A DNA stretch of 64,000 bases from Callorhinchus milii (lineage: Eukaryota), in the NCBI RefSeq assembly GCF_018977255.1, contig NW_024704742.1, positions 16,432,001-16,496,000 on the forward strand, written 5' to 3'. Under the pieces are notes generated by a model. It saw only the letters and a program-made list of their open reading frames with translations, ran no database searches and had not been told where the DNA came from. Below, piece after piece: positions 36,388-49,398 of the stretch (its first letter is position 1; every line of letters starts with the position of its first letter). Both the position numbers and the translations under genes were made by a program.

Positions 36388-37032
36388 GTGTGTCAGCTGG
36401 GTTCAGTTGACAGAATTCTTGCCTCTGAGTCAGAAAGACTCGGGCCAAAAGACAAATGTGGAAATATTTGCCAAAAATTGCAGTGCATTTTGCAAATGGT
36501 GCGGGTAATTGTGGAAAACATTCGTAGATTTTGCGGGAAATTGCAAAGGAAATTGGTGCTTTTGAGTGACACATTTTGTGAAACAACCAGGATTAAAACT
36601 ATAGGCATATATTTCCTGAACATGTAGTTATGTTTAAAATACTAAAAATGTTAATAGCGGATTCTGCGGAAAAAGTGTGGCTGCAATTTTCTATTGGCCC
36701 AGCCCATACACTGGGACTTGCAACCAGTTTCTGGTGACACTCCAATGCAATGCATTGTGAGAGCTGCCATCCTTCCGATGAAATGTTAAACCAAGGTTCT
36801 GTCTGCCAGTCTAGGTGGACATTAAAGATCCCATGGCACTATTCAAAAAGAGAAAGGGGTTTCTCTTTCCTAGTGCCTTGCCCAAAATAAAACTGATCAC
36901 TCACTTCATGGCTCTCTTTCTGGTATGGTTGTGTGAAGATTTCCTGCTTTTTTTTGGCAGAATACACACAATCACACCATTTATGTCTTGATGATGTGAT
37001 AATGTTCTATAATGCAAGGATTATTATTATTG
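36388..37032 (+). mobile_element. Deu-domain SINE interrupted in its tRNA head by a MITE (36442-36700)
   Basis: GTGTCAGCTGGGTTCAG...GCCTCTGAGTCAGAA head, Deu core AAAGATCCCATGGCACTATTC and tail. Confidence 0.85.
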
Positions 37033-37629
37033 TAACTCTAGTCTGAATTGTCTCTAATAACTACGAATACCAAAGTGAATTTATTATATGATCCTTAACC
37101 TAACTTTAGAATCCCTTCATCACCTTGCCCCATAAGACAGATGAGACTCCTTGAAACAATTAACACCCACAAGGAAAGGATGGTGGATATATATATATAT
37201 ATCAGAAAGGCTGCAAAGAGAGCTGTGGAAGTAAGATACGAAAGCAATCAAGTATCAACATATTGTGACATGATTGTGCCATAGGAACATGGTGTGGACT
37301 CACTGGGAAACCATTTGTGATGGTCTAGGAGAGGAGCTAGGAGAGCTATAATTGCAATCCAGTGGGAAGCTGAGTCTATGTAGGAGTTTTGGGTGAAAGT
37401 TGATGTCAGTGATCTCCCCAACATTCAAGGTAACAAGTTTTATGCAGAACAGAAGGAGGACATTCTGCCCATCATAACTTTGCTTACTCCACAGTAGAAT
37501 TATCTACCCTGATTCCATTTCCCTGCTCTTTCCTTATACACTATTATGTCTTTAATCTTCACATGTTTATTTAATTCCTTTAAAGGTCATAATTAACTGA
37601 ATTGAATTGGCCACATGTGGTAAAGATGG

Positions 37630-39950
37630 AATACAGCAGTTGACCTTAGCTCCCCTGGGCTTAGAAGAAAATATCAGCCAAGGGGGTCCCATTCCCTATT
37701 GCTATCCAGAATCCCTGTTGTAAAATATCCATATGTTGTTTTTTGTTGAAAATATAAATTTATTTATAAATATAATATTTAGTACAACAGAAATCCAAAA
37801 CAAACACAACATCTTCTGTTACCATTTTTTTCCTTTTTTCCCGATACAAAAAACATTCCATTGTTTACACCGCATTCCTTCACCACATATAGGCTGTGCG
37901 CACGTTTTTTTGGCACGCTCCCTTTAACACAGTCGAGAGTTGTCCCTGTGTACACCACATCCATGTGCCCACCCGCACATACCCTGATAAGGCGCACTTG
38001 CTGCTTTCGGAAGGCGCCCTGATGTGCACCGTACACGCACATATTTACCGTACATACATTTTCGGAACGCTCTTTGGCTACATCTCGATCGTCCTCTGTA
38101 CTCTTACTTCAGTCAGTTTTGGGTGCGCTCGTGGGCTACCCAATGGCTGCACCCTGAGCGGGTGTTGCCGGAGCAGCTCCTGACAGGGTCAGGCCTCATC
38201 CGACATTTGGCATGGTTGAGCTGAACTTCAGCTTGTCCCTCAGTATATAATCCCTGGTCCTAGCGTGCGTGAGCCTGAGGCAGGCCCTCACTGTCCCCTC
38301 GTTCTGCCAGAAGAACACATGGTTTTGGGAGTGCCAAAGGGCCTCCTTTACTGAGTTTATGAATCTCCAGGCACATTGGTTGTGGGTTTCACTGTGAGTG
38401 CCCGGGAAGAGGCCGTACAGCACCGAGTGCCGTGACAGCGGGTCCCCAGGGATGAACCGCGAGAGAATCCATTCCATCTTTTTCCAAACTGACTTTGCGA
38501 AACAGCACTCCAGGGAGAAGTGGTCCACGGTCTCCTGGCCTCTGCAGCCGGCCCGAGGGCAACGTGCTGACTGGCCCAGACCTTGACCGTGCATGAAAGC
38601 CTTGAGGGGGAGGCCCCATTTATCGCCAGCCAGGCCATGTCCTGATGGTTGTTGGTCAGGGCCAGTGACAAGGCATTTTGCCAGACGTAGCTGGCTGTTG
38701 CCACAGGGTACCTCCTCATCGGGTCTGCCCTCTCCCCCTTTCGAACTGTTTCGACTACCTGCCGCGCACTTTGTGATTGCGCGGGAGTCTGGGATGGTGT
38801 TCATCAGGAAGTTGTCAACATAGGATAGGTGGTTCGGCATACTCCAACTGCGTGGAACATTTAGAGGCAGTTCTGCCAGACCCACCTTCTTAGCACCAGG
38901 TAAAGGTAGAAACCCAGTACGTAACGGCATTCGCTGCTGGCGTAGCTGGGCTCCAGCTACAGCCTCAGGCAGCTACACACAAAGGTGGCCATGAGGATCA
39001 GGGCAATGTTAGGAAACCCTTTCCCCCTCTTTTGCTGATGTTTTGTGCATCGTGTTTCTGCAGACCCCACCTACTTGGACCCCCAGATCAGTTGGAAGTC
39101 CTCTCTGGTGACTGTAGTGGCATTGTTCCTGGTCAAAGGCCAGACCTGGGCCACGTACAGTAACACCGAGAGGGCCTCACACGTTATCACCAGATTTCTC
39201 CTGGTGATGGACAGCGAGTACTGGTGCCACATCACCAGTTTCTTCCTCCTATGCCTAGACACTCCTCCCAGCTTTTTTGGCACACCCCGGCAGCCCCGAA
39301 CCAGATGCCAAGGACTTCACTGCAAAGGTATGTCATTGTGTTCGTTCCAGTCTCCAAAATACATCTCCTCACTTTTCTGGTGGTTGATCTTGGTTCTTGA
39401 GGCTTCTTCAAACCGATCCCAAATGCCTAGGAGGCTCGAGTCCAATTTTTGATCTGTGCAAAAGACAGTGACATCATCCATATACAGGGAAGCCATGGCT
39501 TGTGTGCTGTGGCTGCCTGGGATGGTGACACCTCTGATGCTCTCGTCCCTCCTGATGGCCTGTGCAAAGGGTTCGATGGGGGATAGGGGACAGCCCTACC
39601 TTAATCCCAACCTGACGGAGAACAGCTCAGTCTTGCACCGGTTGACTGTGACTGTGCTGCAGATGTCTGTGTAGAGTAGTCAGATCTGCTTGCGTATTCC
39701 CTCCCTGAAATCCATTTTGGAGAGTACCTTAGCCATGTAGCTGTGAGATACCCTGTTGTCAAACATCCATATGTGGACAAGCGTCAAAAACAAAATGAAA
39801 CTCAGTTGTGATGCCTCCTTCCCCCTCCGCCTTATCCAGACAAGAGTCTCCTGACACTCACTGTCAGGCTTAGATAAGTAAAGTGTCCACTTCAGTGAAC
39901 GAGACCACTGGATTGCACAATACATTCAAGCAAGGAGGGGAGACATTTGG
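37630..39950 (+). mobile_element. AmnSINE2-like ancient SINE split by the Tx1 insertion (halves about 37630-37736 and 39751-39950)
   Basis: CCCCTGGGCTTAG...ATCAGCCAAGGG...GCTATCCAG on the left and TGTGATGCC...GACACTCACTGTCAGGCT on the right match my recollection of AmnSINE2. Related to 57215-57627. Confidence 0.6.
37737..39750 (-). mobile_element. Tx1/L1-clade LINE, 5'-truncated (RT C-half, zf-RVT domain, 3' UTR, A-rich tail)
   Basis: Minus-strand fragments FDxRVSHSYM, SLYMDDVTVFC, HQDMAWLAING and CPRAGCRGQETVDHFSLECCFAKSVW. Flanked by a long direct repeat. Confidence 0.9.
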
Positions 39951-41567
39951 AAGATGAAATCTTTAAAAAAAGAGCAAACGGTTTGTATTTCTAATCTTTC
40001 ATGTTGGTGATGAGCCCATGAATTCAGGCGAGAACACAGCCAACAAGAGCAGATTGAAATAAAATGATAGACCTTTCTTGGCCTATACATCATGTAAATA
40101 TACAGAACTGAATGCTGGCTGATGGATAATTTGCTTGGCTGATGCCACCCACTAAAATGGTTGTCACAGACTCACGGAGGAACAATTCAACTGTTTATTT
40201 CTCCAAGGCAATTCCAATTCCAACCCACCACTGTGAAGTTCACGTGAGGGAAAGTACTTTACATTTTAAAAACTTTCCCCTCAGGACATTGTCTTTTAGC
40301 AAGGAACATGTTGAGTTAGTGCCAGAAAAGGAAATATATTAAAAAGATTTGACTACTAAACATTCAGTCTCTCCGAATAGTATAGAACCACACTGTGTAT
40401 GTAATTAGGGGAGAGAAAGAGAGATTGTTGAGGGTGAGAAAGACAGCATTGCGTGAAGTTGTGGAAATGTAAAAAAAACATAATGCAGCTGAAAAAAGTC
40501 TGCAAAACAAAACATAGGTTGCTCTCTGTCTGATGTATTATATATGCCAATTAAGTATACATTTACTGGCATTTCTGAACATGTTTGTTCCTATTAATAT
40601 GTAGTGTGTACTGAGTTATGCTACTGGCATACACAGTTTCCTTCTGGTCTATCCGTTGCTGAATGTCTATGAACAAAAACGATTTGCCGAAAAGCTGTTA
40701 CCAAAATCTTTTTTTTGTGTAGAGATCATGAACGTATGGAATGTTCTGAAATTGAGCTTAATTAATTGACTTAGATCTTTACTTCAGAACTGTGAGCATC
40801 ACTAAATCTATATCAGCACAATTCTAAAGCACTCCTTACATTAGAAGTATTTTTGCAAGAAGATGACATTGCAAACCCGGAGCTATGTTTTGCTTGTTCG
40901 GTGCAAATCAGCAATACGAGAAGGATGCTCAGAGTTTGTCTCTGTGTTATATTGCTGACTTCAACAGCACAAGCACAGAATCTACATTATTTAGCAATAA
41001 CAAGGTTTTCACTGCTGTAATACATTGTAATATTAAATATCTAAATATTCTAATGTACTTGCATAGTAATACGATTGTCATACAGAGGACCTAGGTATAA
41101 ATACCTGCACATGTTGCTGATGTTAAACAGGCTGCAGTTCTAAGCAAGCACAATATAAACACACAGAAATCATTTGGAAATCTTGTCTTTTCTTCCTTAA
41201 ATGTTATTTTCTTAAACGCTTTGCCACAAGAATAAAAATGTGTACCATCACTGCCCTGCTTCAAAGTTGTATTATTGCCATGAAGGATCGAGACAGAGGC
41301 CACCTCGTACACCGTGCGCTTTACATAACAGGGGTATGGATTAAGGGTGGGAACCGTCACAATACCCTTTGCTTGTTTGCTAACTATCTTAAATTGATGC
41401 CCTCTAGCCACTGACCGAATGAGAGTGAGAAAGAATCTTAAAAAGTTACATGGATAATTACTTTGAGGTAGTGCTAAAATGTTTGTTATTGATGGCCAAA
41501 AAAAGCAACTTATTGACCCGATCTTTCTGTGATATTGGCATCATCATCATTTTACGATGAAAATTTA

Positions 41568-43398
41568 AACAACAACAGCAACAAAATTACATTTGTATAG
41601 CACATTTTACGTCGGGAGGATGTCTCAAGGCACTGGACAGTGAGAGTTTTGGACCCAGCAGGGGTTGGGATTGGGGAGGCGGAGGGACTGCGGGATGGAA
41701 TTCCAGAAGTTTGGGGCAGAGTGGCAGAAGACAAGCCCGCCAATAGTGGGGCGAGCGAGGCGGGGCACGTGAAGCAGGCCAGAGCCCGCTGAGCGGAGGG
41801 AGCGAGCAGGATGCTAGGGGGTTAGGAGGTCACAGAGATAGGAGGGAGCAAGACCATGGAGGGCTTTGAAGGATCTTGAACTGTATCCTCTGTATGATGG
41901 GAAGCCAGTGGATTCGGGCGAGGATGGGAGTGATAGGATCATGGAGCCTGGTGCGGGAGAGGACACAGACTGCAGAATTCTGAATAATCTGCAGCCTATG
42001 GAGGGAGGAGTTGGGGAGGCCGACAAGTAAGGAGTTTGAATAGTCAAGCCTCGTTGTAATGAAAGTGTGTATGAGGGTTTCGGCGGCTTGCGGAGTGAGA
42101 CAGTGGTGAAGAAGGGTGATGTTGTGGAGGTGGGGGCTGGCAGAGTGGGTCATTGCACAGATGTGGGGTAGAAAGGATAGTTGAGGATCAAACAAGACCC
42201 CAAGGGTCCGGACTGGCTTAGCAAGGTGGAGAGTGCAGCCATGGATGGTGATGCTGTTAGTGCCTGAGGTGTGGAGGCGCTGACGGGAGCCAATCAGGAG
42301 AGCCGCGGTCTTGTTGATGTTCAACTGAAGAAAGTTAGCTCTCATCCAGGACATGATATCTGACAGACATTCTGTCAGCACAGCAGCGGTCCTGGAGTTA
42401 AGGATGGAGGCAGAGAGGTACAGTTGGGTGTCATCCGCAGACATGTGGAAGTTGATCCCATGTCTGGATGATGTCACCAAGAGGGAGCATATAGATATTG
42501 AAAAGGAGGGGAGCAAGGACAGAGTCCTGAGGAACATCGCACGAAATGATGCGGGGTCTAGAGGAGAAACCGTTTGTGGAGATGAAGTGGAGGCGGTGTG
42601 AGAGGTACAATCTGAACCAGTCAAGGACAGAGCTGCGAAAGTTGAGGTGAGAGGAGAGGCGGTGGATGAGGATAAAGTGGTCGACGGTATTGGAGGCAGC
42701 AGAGAGGTCAAGGAGGACGAGAAGGCAGAGGGACCCCTGGTCGCAGATGGATATGTCATTTGGCACTTTGACCCAGGATGTTACTGTGCTGTGGGTGGCA
42801 CAGAAACCTGATTGGAGGGGTTCGTGAAGGGAGTGGCAGGAGAGGAAGGAGCAGAACTGGGAAGCAACAACTCATTCCAGGAACTTGGAGAGGAAAGGGA
42901 GGTTGGAGATGGGGCAGTAGTTTGAGAGTAGAGTTGGGTCCCGGGAGGGTTTTTTAAGGCTAGATGTGATGACAGCCATTTTTAATGAGGTGGGAACAGT
43001 ACCAGGGACAGGGAGAGGTTTATAATGTCTGTGAGCAGAGGGGCAAGGAGGTGGAACTAGAAGGTAAGGAAAGCGGTAGAGATGGGGTCAATGGAGCAGG
43101 TGGTCGGTTTCATGTGGGTTATAGTGTTGGTGAGAGAGGAGTGGGAGACAGGTTCGAAGATATGGAGGGAGGGATGTGTAGGGGCCGGGGTGGGAGGGGA
43201 AGATGGTCAGGGTGTGATAGATGGAAGGGCAGAGGCAGCTGAGTGGATCCCCTCAACTTTGGATTAGAGAAAGTCCAGCATCATTTCTCAGTTGGCATTG
43301 GAGGTGAGGATGGGCAAGGCATGAGCGTGTGGGCGGAGAAGACAGTTGGTGATGGAGAAGAAGAGCCTGGGGTTGTCCTTGGCCTCCAAGATTGTCTG
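41568..43398 (-). mobile_element. L2 LINE, 5'-truncated and decayed
   Basis: LLVLLDLSAA.NTVDH, VPQDSVLAPLLFNIYM, HMSADDTQLY and RLDYSNSLL, with a (TTG)n tail. Confidence 0.95.
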
Positions 43399-43564
43399 AT
43401 TTAAAGCAATTAAGATGTGCCATCTTACACTTGGTGTGACACTGCAGTAATGAACATTTTATGTTATAAAAACAAATTTGCTATGGAGCTTGGTGAGGAC
43501 ACAACAATAACAAATTGAACATATATAGCAACTTTCACGTCGGGGGGATGTCTCAGAACTCTTC

Positions 43565-43912
43565 ACTGTAGTTTACTGTAGAGTTACTCTGTGTTTTGTA
43601 TCTAAACACTACCACTAGCACTAATTTGTGTTTTTGCAAGTGAACATGGCAACTAATTTGTACACAGCAATGTTCCAAAAACAGCCATGAAAAGAATGAC
43701 AAATTTAACTTGGGGGATTTTGACCAGGATTTTAATTTTCGAATACTGCCATGGGATCTTTAAACATCTCAAGTGAGGATCAGCACTACTGACAATGCAA
43801 CACATGCAGCACTGCATTGGAGTGTTAACTATACAAATTCAAAGATCCAAAGTGGCGCTTAGACCAGCAACCTTTTGACTCAGGTGTAAGAATGCTAACA
43901 AGTGATTCAGGT
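43565..43912 (-). mobile_element. Degenerate Deu-SINE
   Basis: GCCATGGGATCTTTAA core and CAACCTTTTGACTCAG head, both on the reverse strand. Confidence 0.7.
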
Positions 43913-44356
43913 AAAACGTAAAACATATAATATGGGATAAACAGAAGGAAATATACAGTTAATTTAAACAAGTAAAAAACACAAAGAGAAATATTGTAGG
44001 ACACAAAGCTAAGTACTCGGATAAGCAAGGTATAAAGGACGAGCAAAGTAGTCATGGAGACAGCAACTGGTGGTACACAGAACATTGCAGAGGTGAGGAA
44101 TGCAGTTGATAGGAAGTATAGGTCAAAGAAAATTACATTGTCAAGTATTTCAGCTTTCTCCTTCTTACTATTATCAGTCGTTTCATTTCCAGTGTTGTCT
44201 TTTTTTGTGCTGTTCTCTGAGGCAGTCTCCTGCTTTCCACAAGATTGAGAGATTTGTGATCCTTTGGGCAATTTTTGTGTTGGAAGGTCAATTCTGTGTT
44301 GAGTCATTTCTGCATGTCTCTCCTAGTATGAAATAATGAGCATAATATTGGTTTGC

Positions 44357-46288
44357 TCTCTCTATCTCCCTCCTCCCTCTCACCGACCTTCACCTCCATG
44401 AAACCCACCACCTGCTGCCTCGATCCTCTCCCCACCAACTTACTGGTCACCCAGCTCTCCCTCCTCTGCCCACTACTGGCTGACATCATCAACTAATCCC
44501 TCTCCTCCGGATCAGTCCGGGCCTCCCTCAAAACTGCTGTCATCACCCCCTTCCTGAAAAAACCCTCCCTAGATCCCTCAAACCCCAGCCATTACCGCCC
44601 TATTTCTAACCTGCCCTTCCTCTCAAAAATTCTAGACCGAGTCGTTGCCAACCAACTTTGCGCACACCTCTCCTCCCATTCCCTCTTCGAACCCCTCCAG
44701 TCCGGTTTCCGCCCTGCCCACATTACAGAGACTGCGCTTGTGAAAGTCATAAATGACATCCTCTCTATCTGTGACCAGGGCCCCCTCTGCCTCCTTTTCT
44801 TCCTGGACCTCTCTGCCACGTTCAACACAGTTGATCACGCCATCCTCCTCCACCGCCTTTCCTCCGTCATCCACCTCAGTGGGACTGCACTCGCCTGGTT
44901 CGAGTCCTACCTCACAAACCGCCAGCAGTACATCTGTACAAACGGCTTCTCCTTCCGCTCTCACCCGATTACCTGCGGGGTACCCCAAGGATCTATTTTT
45001 CTTGGCCCCCTCCCCTTTCTGATCTACAAGTTCCCTCTTTGGGGATGTCATCTGTAGACATGGGGTACATTTCCACATGTATGCCGATGACACCCAATTC
45101 TAATTTTCCATGTCTCTTTGCGACCCCCAGTCCACTGATGTTCTGTCAGCCTGCCTGTCAGATCTCAGGGGCTGGATGAGCGCAAACTTCCTTCATCTGA
45201 ACGTTGACAAGACGGAAGCCATATTCTTTGGCTCTTGTCAACATCTAAAATCTCACGGCTCTCACCTCCTCCACCTACCCGACCTCCCCATAAAACTCCG
45301 AACCCGTATGCAACCTAGATATCAGGTTCGATCCCCAATTATCCTTCCTCCCCCACATCCAGTCCCTCACCAGCACCGCTTTCTTCCACCTCCGACGCAT
45401 CGCCCATCTCCGCTAATACCACTCCCCAAAAGCGGTTGAAACCCTGGTCCATGACTTTGTCACCTCTCGGCTGGACTATTCTATTGCCCTCCTCGCCGGT
45501 CTACCATCCACTACCATCCATAAAATCCAAATTATCCAAAACTCTGCAGCCCGCATTCTCACCCGCACAAAACTCCGCTCCCCGATTACCCCAGTCCTTG
45601 CCAGACTGCACTGGTTGCCTATCCCAGAGAGGATCGACTTCAAGATCCTCACCCTTGTATTCAAGTCCCTGCACTCCTCTGCACCCCCCGACCTCTCTGA
45701 CCTCCTCTCTCCTCAAAACAACAACAACAACAACAAGATTCCATTTATAGAGCGCCTTTCACGTCAGGAGGACGTCCCAAGGCGCTGCACAGTTGGGTCA
45801 TGACCCGAGCATTGGGGGGAAATGGTCAGGGTGAGGGGAGGGAAGGGAGGGAGCGAGGAGGGGGGAAATGGTCAGGGTGAGGGGAGGGAAGGGAGGGAGA
45901 GAGGAGGGGGAAATGGTCAGGGTGAGGGGAGGGAAGGGAGGGAGCGAGGAGGAGGAAGAGAGTCGAGAGGGGAGCTGAAGGCACGGTCAAAGAAAACAGT
46001 ACCCATTGCTTTTGTTCCTCCGGGTCTGGCCTCCTCCAGGTCCCCCGAGTCCTCCACTCCACCCTCAGCGGCGGTGCCTTCAGCCACTATGCCCCGAGGC
46101 TCTGGAACTCCCTTCCTCACTCCCTTTGCCTTGCTCCCTCCCTTCCTATTTTCAGGTCTCTGCTGAAGACCTTTCTTTTCGACCGCGCCTTTGGTCGCCT
46201 TCCTCCCCCTCCCCCTGTCTCTGTAAAGCGCTCTGAGACCCCGTCCGGCGTGGAGGGCGCTGTATAAATCCAAGTTGTTGTTGTTGTT
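44357..46288 (+). mobile_element. L2 LINE (second subfamily), 5'-truncated
   Basis: YRPISNLPFLSKI, QSGFRPAH, LDLSATFNTVDH, GVPQGS and YADDTQ, with a 3' stem-loop and (TTG)n tail. Confidence 0.95.
45721..45992 (-). mobile_element. Short L2 3'-UTR element with three ~46 bp G-rich units, AAAACA target-site duplication
   Basis: (CAA)n tail, stem-loop, and AAAACA at 45715-45720 and 45993-45998. Confidence 0.88.
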
Positions 46289-47519
46289 TGGATGAAGAAG
46301 ATCCTTCAGCCCTTCTGATACCATCCTTTCAGCACACCCACCCTGTCATCTTCCTATCACAGCATCAATCTGGTGTCATCACAGCATTAAACCATTTCAT
46401 TTACACAGGCTACGTCTGGTGGTGCCCGGGCACATGAAAGAGTTGCAATAGGTCAGGAGTCAAGACCTGCTGAGGAATTAGAAGCATTTGATAGATGATT
46501 GATGCACATCATAGTGGAATTGAGGGAGGATGTAAGGAAGCAAACACAAAGGGTCCAATATCTCATCATGAATTTTCACAAAAACTTCATTTGAATTTTG
46601 AATTATTTTGTTTATAGAAACGTGCATGGAATTACTAGCCACAAATCTGTTAAGATCATGTTTTCACCCCAGAATATCTATTGGGTTCTCCGTGCTTACC
46701 ATCCCTTTGATTTCCTCATAAGTAAACCAAATAGACAGTATCCCTTCATAAATCAATGCTTACTCCCTCTTATCCTCCTGTATCTTATTAGGGACTTCAT
46801 TATTCCCTCTAAAATGTTTCCAGCTGGAGTGCAAACCTTTCAGTGTCCAGCTTCTTGGGATATCCTCCCGATGTGAAAGGCCGATATAAGTGCAATTTGT
46901 TGTTGTTGTTGTTCTGCGCAAATTTGCTCCATGTTTGCCCCTCAAAACGCACAGTCAATTTATAAGTGACACTTTATTCACTTTATGATAAATCCTGTGA
47001 AGCACTTTGAGTTATCTTCCCGATGCTTTATCAAATGCAAAAATTACTTACTAGATTATTTCTGGTTCTATTTATTTGCAGATGTTTCTTCCATAACTAA
47101 GTACAAAAGGAAATGATGCTTCACTTCCTTCTCGTCATCTCTTTCCTATTGTCACAAACAACATATATCTATTTCCCAGCATACCCTTTCTTTATAAACT
47201 ATTAGTCACCATTTCCCCTCCAGGCCTACAATGAAATGTAATAGGCTTTTCTATTACAATAGGATATTTTTCTTGTCCATTGACATGAGCCGCTGACATA
47301 TTCCTCTCGTTGTATTTCTCTCTGTGCTGATTGAACACTTTTGATGTTCACACACAAATGCTTCAGAACCACATTCTACAGTTTAAGCACGTGTTTGATG
47401 CCTAAAGGTGACAATACCAAAATGTGAAATTAAGTGGTGTAGGAGCGTACTGTGACAGAAAGCTGCAGTGACGAGAAATGTCTATACAGCTGGCAAAGAA
47501 AAGTATGAAAAACAATTAT

Positions 47520-47670
47520 TTTGTGGGGTGTGCCTGACATATGTGGAAATCAATCACTAAACTTAAAAGTATCCAAACTACTGAGAGACTGACACATTCA
47601 GGTAAATTTCTGTTTGTCTGGAATTGGGAGCACATTCACTCCAATGAGGGAGGCACCCTGCTCACCTATT
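47520..47670 (+). mobile_element. Arm of the long-TIR element family
   Basis: CTGACATATGTGGAAATC...AAATTTCTGTTTGTCTGGAATTGG...GAGGGAGGCACCCTGCTCACC resembles 11040-11190. Confidence 0.6.
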
Positions 47671-49157
47671 CGAGAGTCTGAAACAACCCCAGAATGTATG
47701 AATCCATGTTTCTGATGGTTATAATGGTGTTAATGAAAGGAGATTTCAGAGTCTCAAAGTACCTCTTCCTTAATTCTGCACAAAGTAGATAAGATGATAG
47801 GAATAAGAAAATATATCCGATTTTCTTCTCCTTTCAGGGTGCAATAAAAAACATTCTGTTTTGTCTCTTATCTGTACCAAAAATATATATACTATGATAT
47901 TATTCCCTCTGCCCCGACCCCTTTGAAAAATAAATCTATGTGATTGTTTTTGGAATGCTCCAGCCAAATTAGCGTTCTTTCATGCTAACCCGTTCCACGG
48001 ATTTACAGTTCTGAATATGAAGATATTAATCCTTTCATTATGCTTATCCCACACTGTCGGTAGTTCACAATCATGCCCCAAATTCAACACTAAGATTCTA
48101 ATATTTTCTTTTACAGTTTTCTTCAGGATTTTTGTTTAAAAGCAAACTGATTATAATCTCACAGCTAACATGGAAAGAATTTGCTGCGTTACATGTTTGT
48201 TATATTTGCAAGTAATCTCTATGATAATACTCTTACCATTGACATCAACTTGTGCGGTTGGAGCACGTCTCCCACACAGCTTTGAGAACAGAGCATAATT
48301 TTTTGTGACACCTTCTATTTTAGTGCAACCTCAACATTTCATCAGATGCTATAGAATTGTAAGCTGAGTCATGTCCTGCGTGTCAAAGAATTGAGAAGCA
48401 ACAATCTCAAACTATTATGGATGTATTCTTGCGAATTACAAAATATTTACAAATTAGCTTTTTTCACAAAAATGAGGTAAGTTGCAGGGGTTGAGGAAGA
48501 GTAGGGAGGCTCTAGAGGTTAGAGGCATAACAGCCGAAGTGCAGAAAGACAGGAGGCCTGAGTTAGGCGAGCAGAGATGGGGAAACAAAAGAGTATGAAG
48601 GGAATTATTGGTGCAGGTAAGGATGCAGGCAATGGAGTTTTGTATCAGCTGGAGCTAATACAGTTTCGCCCACAAAATATACAGTTAATTCAGTTTACAG
48701 TATATTCTGTGAAGCACTTTGAGATGGCTTCAAGACCTGATAAGGCGCTATATCAAATACAAGGAATAGTATTATTATGGATGGAAGAATTAAGAAGACT
48801 GCTGAGGATTGCATTTGAATAGTCTAGTCTGGAGGAATAAAAGGCATGAATGAGGATTTCAGCAACATTTGGTGTGAGATAAGAGTGGTGACAGGCAGTG
48901 TCACACACCCCTACAGTAAACATACACAGCATAATTTTAAGTGGTTGATTTAAATTAAGAACTTTAAGTTATTAAGTGATGTGATCTATTCAGCCTGCAC
49001 AATTGGTACAGGTCATCAAATAAGTGTGATATGTCACTTTCCATTTCAGGATTTGTGTTTTTTGAGGGAATCAGATGCTTTGATTTCCCTGATCCTTCCC
49101 AGATCCCTGAGTCGCCAATATTACCATCCTTTTTATTCCTCTTCCCATTGGTTTTCT

Positions 49158-49398
49158 CTTTGACCGAGCCTTCAGCTCCCCTCTCGACTCTCTTCCCCCT
49201 CCTCGCTCCCTCCCTTCCCTCCCCTCACCCTGACCATTTCCCCCCTCCTCGCTCCCTCCCTTCCCTCCCCTCACCCTGACCATTTCCCCCCTGCTCGGGT
49301 CATGACCCAACTGTGCAGCGCCTTGGGACGTCCTCCTGACGTGAAAGGCGCTTTATAAATGGAATCTTGTTGTTGTTGTTGTTGTTGTTGGTTGTTGT
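49158..49398 (+). mobile_element. Short L2 3'-UTR element with two ~46 bp units
   Basis: Near-identical reverse complement of 45721-45992 lacking one unit, with a (TTG)n tail. Confidence 0.9.

Noticed and set aside
41830..42759. 309-aa ORF as a host gene
   Set aside because: It is a frameshifted L2 ORF2 remnant (ADDTQLY, RLDYSNSLL).
45814..45960. Regularly spaced repeats resembling a CRISPR array
   Set aside because: They are contiguous tandem units with no unique spacers, in eukaryotic DNA with no cas genes.
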